DNA of 64,000 nt from an uncultured Planctomycetaceae bacterium (GCA_963813715.1 CAWFAK010000013.1:1-64000), one strand, 5' to 3'. Positions 1 to 11,953 are shown, counted from the stretch's first letter. The notes: generated by a model from the sequence alone, not told the origin. Program-made: numbers and translations.

Positions 1-180
1 GGGGAGCAGGCTCGGCACGAGGTAGGGCAGGATCTGCAGAATCTCGCCGGGCCCCAGGCCGTCTTCACTGGCTTTGGTGAAGGCGCCGAGAAACACCAGC
101 AAGATGGTGAGCACGCTGACCACGAGCAGAAAGACGCGGGATAGACTCGGCCAGAACGTACTTCTGCAGCAACCCACACA
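1..180 (-). CDS. LptF/LptG (YjgP/YjgQ) family LPS export permease, N-terminal part; runs off the window edge, one frameshift
   Basis: The reverse strand reads LLQKYVLAE / RVFLLVVSVLTILLVFLGAFTKASEDGLGPGEILQILPYLVPSLLP, which fits the typical N-terminus of the family (L.rYil.E, then a TM helix, then ..P.ll...lP). Confidence 0.7.
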
Positions 181-666
181 GTGAGCCACGAACCTTCCGG
201 CCGAACGACTCGTCACGCGTGCGGCCGCTCGCGACCACTCGCTTGGCCCGCCCCAAATCCCAGCCGCGCCGTAACTGTCAAACCGGCACTTAAATGCCAA
301 TCAAGAATGACATAGGCGCGTCGATATATGCCAAACCGTGCGGACGGTCAATGCCAACTGTTCGCCGCTCCTTGCGCAGTTCCCCGAACTTCATCAGCCT
401 CTCCAAGACTGGAAATCGGAGCGATCGAAGCGAGCACGAGAGTGGGGCTGCGTCCGCACAATTGCAGTCTTCGCGCGTGAATTGTCGGCCGAGTCTCGGG
501 CGCAAGTAGCCGACGTGCAGCCATCGCCAAGCCCGGTCCGAAAAAGAAAGACGAGCCAGCCGAAAGACGATTTGTCAAGCGCGGCAGTAGTCGGCAACGA
601 ACTGCCGGCGGTAGGCAATCAAACAGACTTCATCTTACCAGAGGCCACCCACGCGAGGTCCGTTCA

Positions 667-890
667 TGTTGAGATCTTCAAGACTCTGTCGGACGATCAG
701 ATCGCTCTCGTCGGATGTGCGGCTGCCCTCACCGTCGCGGGGACGATCATGTCCCTGAGCTACTACATTGGTCGCGGCCGCATGACGGCCACGGCCAAAG
801 ACCAGCCAACCGCTGGTGCTGGCTGCGTCAATCGCCCGTCCTCAACGGATGAATTCGGAAGTCGCCGCCGAGCGCCGCGAAGCGGCCTAG
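667..890 (+). CDS. Small hypothetical membrane protein, probably frameshifted
   Basis: The segment EIFKTLSDDQIALVGCAAALTVAGTIMSLSYYIGRGR inside ORF 338..910 has one TM helix. The ATG at 667 is out of frame with it and the boundaries are approximate. Confidence 0.45.
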
Positions 891-956
891 GGCGGTGCCA
901 CGGGGGATAGGTCGCCCGGCGGACTGGGGTCCGGCTCCGCCTGGGTGGCCGCCAGC

Positions 957-1965
957 TCACACTTGACCGATCTCCCGCCGTGACGAGAAGTAGTCGATGC
1001 GCCGACTGGCGCAATCACCAGCGTGACGATCCGATAGGCCAGCGCCGTCGCCACTCCGGCTCCGGCTGCCGTCGCCGCCGGCACGGGCATTCCCGCCGCT
1101 TGATTGGCCAACTCGTAGCAACTCGCGACGAGCTTCTCCATCGTGCCGATCGCCCCCGGTACCGGAATAAAGCCGGCAGCCACTCCGCACAGGAATGAGC
1201 AGCCGATGCTCCCAGTACCCGGGGCTGCCGGCCCCGCTTTTACAGCCAGTGCGCAAAAGTAGAATCCCGACAGCATGCCGATGTGGCCCACCACGCTGAT
1301 CGCCACGCAAAAGACCAGCACGCGACCGCGAGCGGTAAAGTAGCACCGCGTTGACCAGGCTGCCGATCATCGGTCCGACTTTCGGCAAGGCCACCAGTTT
1401 CCGCATGGGGGCCGATCGCGGCACGGCCGGATGCAACACACGGCGAAGCCCGATCCCGCCGAACGTCCCGGCCCACAGCACGATCAGGTACGTCTGCACC
1501 ACGGGTTGCTGTAACAGGGCCGGCGGTTGAAAGAACATGGTCATGGCACCGACCACAAAGAGTGCCTGCACTCCCAGAATGCGGTCTAAGAGCACGGTGG
1601 CCATGGCGATCCCCTTGCGGGATTTCTGTTCGGTCGCAATCAGCCCGGCCCGAATGATGTCGCCGCCGGTGGCCCCGGGGCCCAGATAATTGCAGGCATA
1701 GCCGATAAAGCTCAGCCGCACCGCATCCTTGAGGGTGAAGGGAAAGTCCTGCGCCCAGACGAGCAGGTACCAGCGATAGAAAGTCAGCGCGATGGACGCG
1801 GCGACCACCAGCAGGGCCAGGCCCAAATAAGACCAGTCGGGCCGCTCGGCCAGCAAGCTCGCCAGCGGCCCCCAGTACGCGTAAAACAAGTAGCCCAGCA
1901 CGGCGGCGGCGACCAGCCATCGCAGCCAGCCCCAGTTTCGCCTGACTGCCTGAATTGCCAGTTTG
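957..1965 (-). CDS. UPF0104 / lysylphosphatidylglycerol synthase TM (flippase-like) protein, frameshifted
   Basis: Motifs RWYLLV, LSFIGYACNYLGPGATGGDIIRA and ATVLLDRILG; the C-terminal part IPVPGAIGTME...ALAYRIVT lies in ORF 887..1321. Confidence 0.85.
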
Positions 1966-2222
1966 AGAATGCGGAACGCCGGGGCCCTATCTTCCGAGTT
2001 TCGCAGCGTTTCTAGACGATCAGCCAAAGGCCTGCAATCGAGAAGCCTTGCCAAGCCAGGTAAGTGGAGGGTATCTTTCCGCTCCCGCCGGATGGGATCC
2101 GACGGCACGCGGCGGCAACGTCCCCCTCCGAGGAACGGTTGCCGACGCCCGCAAACGATTGACTCTCGCGATCAACCTCTCCACTGTTTGTGAAAGGGCT
2201 CAAGGATGAGCCGGCTCACGGC

Positions 2223-2572
2223 ATGGTGCATGTCCACGCGCCCCGGTTTCGCGTCTTCCGTCCGGAAGGCGACGCCATCATTCTCCAGTTCCCCAGCCGC
2301 GAAGACGGTGCCCGGCCTCGATGCGGAATGAACCCCGCTCGGCCGAAAGCACCGTCTCGCTGGCCGACTTCAATTGCCACCCGCACGCGAAGCCGTGCTG
2401 GCTCGCGCTCCCGCACTGCACCGCAATCGCTGCTGCCCGCATTGCCACCGCGGCGGAGTCATTCCCGTCGACCTGGGCGACGGTGACAAGCGCCACTGGG
2501 GATGCCGTCCCCGGCACGGCCACGCTCGTCGGCTTCTACTGCGGCGCGTCCGGCGCCGAGTGGTCTGCCTAA
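2223..2572 (+). CDS. Hypothetical small Cys-rich (zinc-ribbon-like) protein, frameshifted
   Basis: Joining three frames gives ..ALHRNRCCPHCHRGGVIPVDLGDG..VPGTATLVGFYCGASGAEWSA*. Confidence 0.45.
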
Positions 2573-2867
2573 CGCAACGTCGACCGCTCCCTGTTTCGAG
2601 TGGCCGGGGCGGTTCGCTTCGCGGAAGCCCCGGAATTGCCACTCCGTTACTTCAGCTGCTTCCCCTCGAACCTCTCCGCTCGGGGGCTTCCGCAAAGCGA
2701 AGCGCCCCGCCACCCGGTCGTGATCCCTCAACCGGCTGGCGAACATTCAGCGTTGGAAACGGTCCCTCGGCGGCGCCGCGATCTCAATTTGATTTCCCAC
2801 GGGCACGCCTCCATACTTGGGCGTCCGCTCCAGGCGACCTGGTGCCGGCGCCCAGTCTCTAACCCGA

Positions 2868-3350
2868 TGGCGAGGTGGCGAAATCGCGACCCCCAGCCGA
2901 ACAACCTCTGTCCGACGATGATTTGCCCGCGGCCCCCAACGTGCGCAAAAAGAAGAAATCGGGCGAGGCGGAGGAAAAACCGCACGGCCGATCTGGTATC
3001 GCTACGCGACCTGGGTCGTGATGATCCTGTTCACGGCCGGTGCGATCGTCGAACTCCGCCCCCAATATAACTACAAGCATAATTTGCGGGTCGCTCAGGA
3101 GGGGCTCGAGCGGATCGAGGGCAGCCCGACCAAAGTGACCTACGACGACATCAAAGATCGCTTCTGGGGCACGCCCGAATCGAGCACCGGCACGTCCGAC
3201 TTTGTGCCCAACGTCATCTATACGTGGTCCTGGCACGGTCTTCGCAAGTACGTCGTCCGTCTGTACGTCAGTCCGAAGGACGGCCAGTTGGGGCAAGGTC
3301 GAGTCGGAACCGTGACGCCCTGTCGATCCGGCACCGATCGGCCAGACTAA
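2868..3350 (+). CDS. Hypothetical membrane-anchored protein
   Basis: ORF 3018..3350 has a hydrophobic N-terminus and a plausible globular composition. The 5' end is probably frameshifted and its position is uncertain. Confidence 0.45.
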
Positions 3351-3411
3351 CACCGATCAAAAAGCGGCCCAAACCCGCGGTACCCCGCGGCCTGTCGCCG
3401 AAGGGAACACA

Positions 3412-4713
3412 ATGCAATCGATCGTCGGCCTGGTGCTCGGTGGCGGCAAGGGAACGCGCCTGTACCGCTGACGCAACTCCGCTCCAAGCCGGCCGTGCCC
3501 GTGGCCGGCAAGTACCGCCTCATCGACATCCCCATCAGCAACTGCATCAACAGCGGCATCAACCGCATCTACGTGCTCACGCAGTTCTCTCGGTCAGCCT
3601 GCATCGCCACATCCCCAACCTAAAATTCGACCCCTTCGACCGCGGCTTCGTCGAAATCCTCGCCGCCCAGCAGACCAACGAAGGGTCCGACTGGTATCAG
3701 GGCACGGCCGACGCCGTCCGCCAGCAAATGCGCTACATCGAGCAGCCCTGGATCGAATACGTGCTGATCCTGTCGGGCGATCAGCTCTACCGCATGGACT
3801 TCCGGCGAGATGCTCGAGACCCACCGCGCGAAAAGGCCGACGTCACCATCGCCGTGCTGCCGGTCCCCGCGAGCGGCCGCCGGCTTCGGCATCATGCGGC
3901 TCGACGAGACGGGCCGGGTCGTCGGCTTCGTCGAAAAGCCGAAGACCGAAGAAGAGTCGACTCGTCCGCAGCGACCCGGCCTGGATCGACGCCGCGGCAT
4001 CGTCAGCCGCGGCCGCGACTACCTGGCCAGCATGGGCATCTACCTGTTCAAGCGCGAGACGCTGATCGAATTGCTCGAACAGTCGGGCTACCAGACTTCG
4101 GCAAGGAAATCTTCCCGATGCGATCCGCGCCGCACCGCGTGCAAGTGCTACCTGTTCGACGGCTACTGGGAAGACATGGGCACGATCAGGTCGTTCACGA
4201 GGCGAACCTGGCCCTCGCCAGCGATCAGCCGCCGTTCGACTTCGAGTCGGGATCGGCCCGATCTACACCCACGCCCGCTCGGTTCTGCCGGCCCGCTCGA
4301 CGCGGCCGCCATCCACGAAGCGCTCATCGCCGACGGCTGGTGATCCAGACGGGAGCACAGATCGAGCGCCGGCATGGTCGGCCTCCGCTGCCGGATCGGC
4401 GCAATACGAGTCCATTCGCAATTCGCCTGTCATCGGCGCAGACTTCTACGACCTCTGACGAGCGGCCCAACGCCCACGGCATTCCGACCCGGCTTGGGAG
4501 TGGGCAACGGCTCCGTGATTAGCGGCGCTATCATCGACAAGAACTGCGCACATCGGCCGCAACGTGCGGATCGAGAGCCGCCACCAGCCCGACGCCGACC
4601 ACGACAACCTCTCCATCCGCGACGGCATCATCGTGGCCCACAAAGGGGCCGTCTTCCCCGACGGCTGGACGCTGTCGGCTCAGCGATCCGGCGCACGGAC
4701 GGCGCATCCGTGA
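3412..4713 (+). CDS. glgC: Glucose-1-phosphate adenylyltransferase, many frameshifts
   Basis: Motifs [81 protein letters not shown] and AIIDKN are spread across different frames. Confidence 0.95.
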
Positions 4714-4912
4714 CAGTTGGTAGTGCTGCGTGGAGCCGCCGGGGAATCCCTCGCAGCATTCCCCTTTCCCAAGCCGACGGCTCCGCCGTCGGATCTTTGT
4801 ATTCCTCGATTGCACTGACAGTCAGAACAACAGACGGTGCGAATCGAGCCCTGCACATGCAAGGGAGGGCGACAAAATCGCCCTCCCGTCGCATTCAAGA
4901 AGTCACCTGCCG

Positions 4913-5683
4913 TTAGTCGGCCGGCGGTTCTGCGAACGTCTTCGGATCGACCTTGTCGAGCGGTTTGACGTCGGTGATCTCGATGTTGATGAACTTCTCG
5001 CCGTTGTGCTTGGTGTCGATCTTCGTCGCCCGCTTCACGCCGTCGAAGTCCTTGTATTTGCTGTAGGTCGTCTCCTGGGTGAACTCTTCCCCCTGAAAGC
5101 CGGAGACCTTCGCCACCAGCTTCACCGGCAGCCCGGTCTCCTTGTCGAACCACAGGACTGAAAGCTCTTCTTGTCCGGGCCATCGATCTTGAGCACCACG
5201 GCCGGCTTGTTATCGACCTTGTCCTCTTTGGCCGATTCGATCGTGAAGTCCTTCCCCTTCAGCGGCAGCAGCGTTGCCCGCGCCAGCAGAACAGGTCGGT
5301 GAACAGCTTCTGGGCGGCGAGCTGGTCATCCTCGAGCTTGCCCGACTGGCCGGCGAAGTTCCGCCAGCCCTTCTCGCCGTCGACGACGGTGACGCCTTTG
5401 ATCTGGTTGCCGGCGATGTCGCCGTCAAATTCCTGGCGGAAGCGATCGATACCCTGGGTGACCGTCCGGGTGTGGAACTCGCCGTCGGCCCAGCCGTAGC
5501 TCAGGCTGCCCTTCGCTTTCGTCTCGATGGCCTTCGACTCGAGGGCCGAAGCTTGCTCTCGCCGCCGGCCGCCGCAATGGCCTTGTCGAGCACTGCCTTG
5601 GCATCGGGGTCCGCCGCTTGCACGCCGCCCCGGATGCTCAACACGAGCCCGGTGGCCAACACCACTCCAAAAAGCCTTCTCAT
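4913..5683 (-). CDS. Exported hypothetical protein (LolA-like/outer-membrane lipoprotein-sorting-like), frameshifted
   Basis: Signal peptide MRRLFGVVLATGLVLS, then AKAVLDKAIAAAGG, VVDGEKGW, YSKYKDFDGVK and a C-terminal DPKTFAEP, split over ORFs 5501..5767, 5259..5870 and 4913..5125. Confidence 0.65.
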
Positions 5684-5969
5684 GGGATGCACTGCCTTTG
5701 TTTGCTGCCGATTGAAGAAACGCTCGCCGCAGAGAGGAGCCGCAACGCAGACCATCCGCGCCGCCATCGAGCGTGCTAGAAAATGAGCGAACCAGAAACC
5801 CGCCGTCCCAAAATCCTAGCCAGAACGCGGGCGAATTGCCACGAGAAACAACGCCGGCCCCCGCTGACAACGCCGCGAAATTGCCCTTCCAAACCTTCGC
5901 ATGTCGATGCCAACGCCGGTCTTGCCGGTGTGGATCGGCTCGGCCGCCATGGCTCCAAATAGCCGTTCG

Positions 5970-8434
5970 TCATGCCAAATTCCCGCTCTCGAGGGTCAGT
6001 GTCGTCGTAAACTGCCGGGCCGCCTCGGCTCGATCAAGCGGCACGAAGTGATAGTCGCCCTCCAGCCACGTGGGGAGTGGTCGCGATAATGCGGACTGCC
6101 GCAATGGCCCGATTGGCTCTGCCCGTCGACCATCCACAATCCGGCCGGCGATTCGCCCAAGTCGCAGATCATCCGAAGCCGGCCCCCATGGCCGCCTCGA
6201 AATCGGGCCCGCCCCCCGTGTTGCACACGGTCGTCGCGTCGCCCCGCACGCCCGGTCCGTTCTGGTCCAGCAACGCCCCCAAGTCGCCGCGGGCCGACAG
6301 AAAATGCTTGAGCCCCATCCGATGCAGCCGGCCCCACGTCCACTCGGCGACCGCCGGTCCCAATCGTTCCGCCAGCCGATCGAGCGTGCCGCGAAACGTC
6401 TCCCGCACTGCGCGACGGCAGTTTTCACGGGCTGACTGGCCGTCGCCCGCGAACCAGTCTCGCCGACTTCGCCTCGGTTGCAGCGGGCGTCGCCCCCTCT
6501 TCGAGCAGCAGCGCGGCCAGCCCCTCGATCCCGAAGGCCAACAGCGGCACGGCCTCTTCCGCAAACCGTTCTGCCGCGACCCGCCGGCACCAATCGACGA
6601 AGAACACGTTGAACACCAGCGGTGCGACCAGCTCGGGCAGGCAGTCGCCGTTCCAGTCTTTGAGCAACGCCACGGTCTGTCGCACGTCCGCTCGCTCGCG
6701 CTCTCTCGAACTGTCGTCATCCAACATCGCACACAGTCCGGGGACGCAGGCGACCGCGCGGAGCGAGCACGCGTCCTGCTGCAGCCGCCGATGGTCGTCA
6801 CGCGTGTGCGTCGGCCGCGCTTCGAGCGCTTCGCGAATGTGCAGCCCGGTGCCCGCTCGTCCATGTGCCGGCCAGCGGATACGGAAAACTGTCGTCGGCC
6901 ACGCGGTTGTTCGCCGTCACCACAAAACCCCGCGACGGATTGATCACGCCCGGCATATGCTCGAACGAAATCAAACCGTCCCACTGGTCCGCCGCGTCGG
7001 CCGCCGCGCGATAGCCGCGCTCGGGCCGGTGCCGCAGCGGAATGCGACCCGTCGCCTGGTAACCGATGTTCCCGTCGACGTCGGCAAACACCACGGAAAA
7101 CGTCGGCACGTGCCAGGGCTCGAGCGACTGGCGGAAGGCCGCACAATTCTCGGCCCGGTTCATCTCTAGCAGCGCCGTCAGCCAGCCGCCGTGCTCGGCC
7201 CCCAGCCACCGCAGCGAAACGGGACCCGTGCGATTGGCCGGCTCGGGCAGCACCTCGTCGACGATCGGCCCGATCGCCGAGCGAACCACCCGCTGCGACA
7301 CGGCGGCCTGCCCGCGGACGGCGATCGTCTCCACTCGCTCCTCTGCCGGCTGCCACTCGCCCGCGTGCAAAAAGCAGCCGGGATGCTCGGGGCTCGTCTC
7401 CTCTTGATACAGGTCCCGCTGCGAGCAGATGTTGTTAGTGATGCCCCACGTCATCCGCCGATTGCGGCCGATGATCACGGCCGGCATCCCCACGTACGCG
7501 CAGCCCGCCACGTCGAACGAACCGCCGGCCAGATGCACCTCGTACCAACACGAGACGGCTTCCATGGCGATGTGCGGATCGCTGGCCACCATCGGCCGGC
7601 CGCTCGCGCTGCGTTTGCCGTCGATCACCCAATTGTTACTGCCGACTGCCGCGTCCGGATCGCCGACCGCCTGCCCAACGCGTGAATCTTTTCGTCCATT
7701 GCGGGTCGGCCGCGGCACGGCGCTCCACGCCGGGTCCGTCTCCAAAATGCTTTCGTCGTCGGCCTCGGCTGTGAGGAACGCGCGATAGAGCGGACTGTCC
7801 CCCAGGCTCCGCCTGGCCAGCTCGGGCATGGCGATCACCGGAAACCGGCCGGTCAGGTACCAGCGAAATTCCCCCTCGATCACCAGGCAATCGACAGGCC
7901 GCCACGGCTCGGGCCGATAGTCGAGCAGATCGAACTCGATCGGCAGCCCATCGCCCGCATCGTTGATTGCCGCATTGATGCCCCGGCTGAACAGTCGAGC
8001 ACGTTTTGCGTTTCGCGCGGCAATTTTCCCCACTCGGCCTCGGCAATCCGCGGCAGCCCCACCGTCCGCGCCAGCCGATCCTGCGGCAAACCCTCCGCCC
8101 CCAAAATTTCGCTCAACCGCCCGGCCCCCTTGCGACGCAGCCAATCGAGCTGAAACAACCGGTCCTGCGCGATAGCGTAGCCAAAACCGAAGAACAGGTC
8201 GGCATCCGACTTCGCAAAGATGTGCGGCATGCCCTGACGATCGCGACAAATCTCGACCGGCCGTTCGACCCCGCCCGCCGCACGCCATCCATCTGCGGCA
8301 CGCTGCGCGGCGGCCGTCCGCGTCCAGCGCTCCAAAAACTCCGCCTGCCCAATCCCCGCCGCCCGGCAGACCACCTCGATCGACCGCCCAGCCCCCAACT
8401 CGGCCAGACGGCTTTTCTCCAAATCCCGATCCAT
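5970..8434 (-). CDS. Penicillin acylase family (peptidase S45) Ntn hydrolase with no signal peptide, frameshifted
   Basis: Motifs RDRQGMPHIFA, GFGYAIAQDRLFQLD, the catalytic GSNNWVI...ASDPH, VFADVDGNIGY, GFVVTANN and GQSGH. Confidence 0.92.
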
Positions 8435-8565
8435 AGCCGGCGCATCTCCACGACGACAAGACAGCTTCGTCCCCAATTCGCCTGGAGCGTAGGCTGCACC
8501 GCCGCGGTTGTCCACGAACGACCGGCGGCCTCGACGGTGCCGCCGAACGCCTGCGTGAGATTCGA

Positions 8566-8914
8566 GTCCCGTCCCAACTCTTGTCCCGTCCCGACCCAAC
8601 ATTGCCGGCGGCAATCAATCCCGTCCCGACTTCCCAAGTTCAATTTGGCCGAATCGTGTTTCCGGGTGGCACTGGCGGCTCGTCCGCCAGTGTCTTTCGG
8701 CGCGAAAATACCACTGGCGGGCGAGCCGCCAGTGCCACCCGAGGCGAACGGCGCCCTCGCGCGCACCGCGGTCGGGTGCGCCGGGTGACTCGACTGGTTG
8801 CCCGCGCAGAACTCGATCCGAACTCAACTACAAATTGTCCGACTCGTTCCGCTCAACTCCGCGTCGGCCTGAGCCGCGCCCGGCGAGTTTCGTCAGCTGG
8901 CTTGTCCCGTCCCG
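8566..8914. repeat. Four direct copies of TCCCGTCCC (iteron-like)
   Basis: Copies at about 8567, 8584, 8619 and 8905; cttgtcccgtcccg is exact at 8580-8593 and 8901-8914. Confidence 0.6.
8663..8741. repeat. REP doublet (inverted pair of palindromes), family A
   Basis: cgggtggcactggcggctcgtccgccagtg ... cactggcgggcgagccgccagtgccacccg; a near-identical element lies at 32896-32972. Confidence 0.85.
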
Positions 8915-10494
8915 CTGGCCGGCTCAGGTGCCGGCTCGGGCTTCGGCTGTGATTCGCTAGTCGGACCCGGTTCGACAGTTGGGCACGCCGGGCGAGCGGC
9001 GAGCTCGCGGCGGATTTCGGCGAAGTTCGGGCAACGCGACGGGGTCTGGCGTTCGACGAACTGTCCCGTCGCCACGTCGTAGACTTTCGGATCCGGCTTC
9101 ACCGGTCGCGACTTGAGTGCCTCGGCCGACAGGTCGAATGCTTGCACGCGGCTGTAGGTGATCTTCGGCCGGCGGCGGTCGATGATGGTGTCCACCGTTT
9201 TCACGACGACGCCCCGCTCGATCAGGCCGTCGAGCACGCGGTTGATGCGGTCGCCGCTCATGCCCAGCGTGTCCCGCAGGTTGCGGCACGTGCAGCCGTC
9301 GGGGAATGCCGTCAACATTTCGAGCGTTCGCTGACACTGCCGTTCGAACGTCAGCGCCCGGCGACGCAGATGCCGATCGGCGTTCGCCGCCACCCACTGC
9401 TCATCGGCCCGCATGTCGAACGACGTGACTTCGCGGACGGTCGTCCGCCAGCGGCGGCGTTCGCGCCAGTTTGCTCTTTTCGTCCGTCGCCAGCGTTTCG
9501 TCGACGTCGATTTCCCACAGCCCCTGGTCGCCGAGCCGGTTGCCCGTGGTGAGCCACAGTTCGTCCCCGCTGCCGACGGCGAACGGCCGCCGCCGTGAGA
9601 CCAGCAGCCACTGCCCGGCGCACTCGGCCAGACCGTTGCCGGCCAATTCGTCGAGCGTGGCCGGATCGCCGGCCCGTCGCGGCGGTTTCGAGTGCTGCAC
9701 GATGAGCACTGTGCAGCCGACCGCATCGGCCAACCGCGTCAGCTCGCCCAACATTTGCCGCACGTCGGCCGGATCGCCTTTGCCGCGCGATTTGCCGCCG
9801 AGCGCGAGGTCGGCCGGATCGATCACCAGCAGGAGCGGCTTCTGCACGAGCAGCAGTTCTTCCAGCGCCATCATGTCGAACGGACTGTCGAGCCGCGGCA
9901 CGTGGGGCGAGATCACCAGATTGTCGAGCGCCGCCAGCGACAAGCCGCGAGCCGCACAAATCCGCCGAGCCTTCGCCTGCAGCGCGGGGAGGCCGGCGTC
10001 GCCCGCCAGAAAGAGCACCCGACCCGTCTCGGCCACGGGGAACCGACCAAGAAACGGCGTGCCGCTGGCCAGCGCAATCGCCAGGTCGAGGGCGAGCGAC
10101 GTCTTCAACGTCTTAAACGACCCCAGCATCGCGCTCGTCTGTCCGGCCGCCAGGATGCCGGGGATCAGGTAACGAGTTTCATGCGCGACGGCATTGAGCG
10201 CGGAGCCGGTGAAGAGCGGGAACCGTTGGGCAAAGACTTCATCGACGGCAGTCGAGATCGGCCAGGCCGGCTCCGGGTTGTACGACTCCGGCGCGGCGTC
10301 GTCGGGGACCACGCGGAGGGCCAGATCCTCCTCCGGAGCGACGCCGCCGCACCGCAGAAAGGCCTCGAACCGCCGATCCTGCGCCTCGACCGCCTCCTTG
10401 TAGGTGCCATACGCCCGCCCGCCGACCATGAACCGTGCCGGGGCGTTGACGCCCCGTTGCCGTTTCCGTTTTCGTTGACCGTGCCGTTCACCAT
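8893..10494 (-). CDS. AAA_25 (RepA/RecA-fold helicase-like) ATPase with C-terminal winged HTH, frameshifted
   Basis: YLIPGIL, Walker A GSFKTLKT, LDLAIALASGTPFLGRF, Walker B LLVID and VLIVQHSK. The C-terminus has LRDTLGMSGDRINRVLDGLIERG, and GGAGG precedes the ATG at 10494. Confidence 0.8.
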
Positions 10495-10717
10495 GGGAAC
10501 CTCCAGTTGGGTTGGGTGACGGCCGTCGCCCATCGGGAGGCTTCGAAAGCAATAAAGCCATCGCCCAGACAGGCGACGGCTTTCGTTAAGAAACTTGCGG
10601 CGCGTTAAGCGCCTCCGTCATGCGGAAATTCAGGTTGTGCGAGAAGCGGACTTCTCACCTTTATTATATCCGCTGTGATCGTGCCGATGCAGATGAGTTA
10701 GGCGGGCAGGCATTCTC

Positions 10718-10840
10718 CTCGGGCCCAGCGGGAGCTTGGGAACGAGGGAAGGCTGCCAGTTTGCCCACCGATTCCCAGTGTCCCGTCGTAAGTCCCTGTG
10801 CAACCGTCGACGCCGGGCAAGCTGGCAGCTTGCCCTACGG
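10718..10840. repeat. Cluster of short REP-like palindromes
   Basis: cccagcgggagcttgggaacga, ggctgccagtttgccc and gggcaagctggcagcttgccc. Confidence 0.55.
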
Positions 10841-10989
10841 GCTTGGGACCGCGCTTGCCGATCCATGGGGTTTCCTCCTTTGGGCTTGCGCCCTTATGAT
10901 TTGCAGGTAGCGGATTACACGTCGTCGCGGTCTGCCCGGTTGGATTGAAGGCCGCACGAGCTGGGCGCTAGAGGGAAACGAGATTCGGC

Positions 10990-11838
10990 ATGAAGATCGC
11001 CGGCGTGCAGATGGATGTCAGCCTGGGGCAGGTTGACGCCAATTTGGAGAAGATGGCCGCCTTCTTGCGGCGGACCACGCGCGACGGGGCGGTCCTCACG
11101 GTCTTCCCGGAGTGCTCGGCCACCGGCTATTGCTTCAACGATCTGGCCGAAGCCCAGAGCGTGGCGAGCACCGTCCCGGGTCCCGTCACCGACGTCATGG
11201 CGCGAGCCTGCAAAGCCGTCGAATCGTTCGCGGTGTTCGGGATGGTCGAGGCCGACGGCGAGCGGGTGTTCAATTCGGCCGTGCTGGTCGGGCCGGCGGG
11301 GGTCGTCGGCTGTTACCGCAAGATTCACCTGCCGTTTTTGGGGCTCGACCAATTGTCGACGCCGGGGGATCGGCCGTTTGCCGTTTACGACGCGGGCGGA
11401 TTGCGCGTCGGGATGAATATCTGTTACGACGCCGCGTTTCCCGAGGCGGCCCGCTCGCTGGCGCTGTTGGGGGCCGACGTGATCGTGCTGCCCACCAACT
11501 GGCCGCCGGGCTCGGAATGCACGGCGGCCTGCTGCATCAACGCGCGGGCGCTCGAGAACGGCGTCTACTATTTAGCGGTCAACCGCGTCGGCACCGAGCG
11601 GGGATTTCGCTTTATCGGCCAGAGCCGGGCCTGCGATCCGTGGGGCAATTCGCTGGCGACGGCGTCCGGGACCGACGAAGAAGTGCTGTATGTCGACGTC
11701 GACGTGGCGCGGGCCCGCAACAAGCACTACGTCCGCGTTCCCGGTCAGCACGAAATCGACCGTTTTGCCGACCGCCGCCCCGAGATGTACACTTCCTTGA
11801 CCAAGCCGCACGGACTGAAGCACCCGGCACGAAAATAG
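10990..11838 (+). CDS. Carbon-nitrogen hydrolase (nitrilase superfamily)
   Basis: Intact 282-aa ORF with the catalytic triad motifs VFPEC, YRKIHL and ICYD, plus ARALEN and DRRPEMY. Confidence 0.95.
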   Translation: MKIAGVQMDVSLGQVDANLEKMAAFLRRTTRDGAVLTVFPECSATGYCFNDLAEAQSVASTVPGPVTDVMARACKAVESFAVFGMVEADGERVFNSAVLVGPAGVVGCYRKIHLPFLGLDQLSTPGDRPFAVYDAGGLRVGMNICYDAAFPEAARSLALLGADVIVLPTNWPPGSECTAACCINARALENGVYYLAVNRVGTERGFRFIGQSRACDPWGNSLATASGTDEEVLYVDVDVARARNKHYVRVPGQHEIDRFADRRPEMYTSLTKPHGLKHPARK

Positions 11839-11953
11839 CGTCACGCTGCGGTCGGTCTCATCGGGCGTGCTTGAACCGGACCCGGACAAGACGAATCGCC
11901 TCGATCGGCTGTGCGACGGACGGCAAACGGTTCGGGCGAACGGATCGACTGAC

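Noticed and set aside
3412..4713. glgC as a pseudogene or programmed-frameshift gene
   Set aside because: The motifs are well conserved and neighbouring genes show the same indel pattern, so sequencing error is more parsimonious.
8893..11838. Prophage, integrative element or defence island around the AAA ATPase
   Set aside because: No integrase, transposase, structural, nuclease or tRNA attachment features are visible; only the single gene and its repeats are supported.
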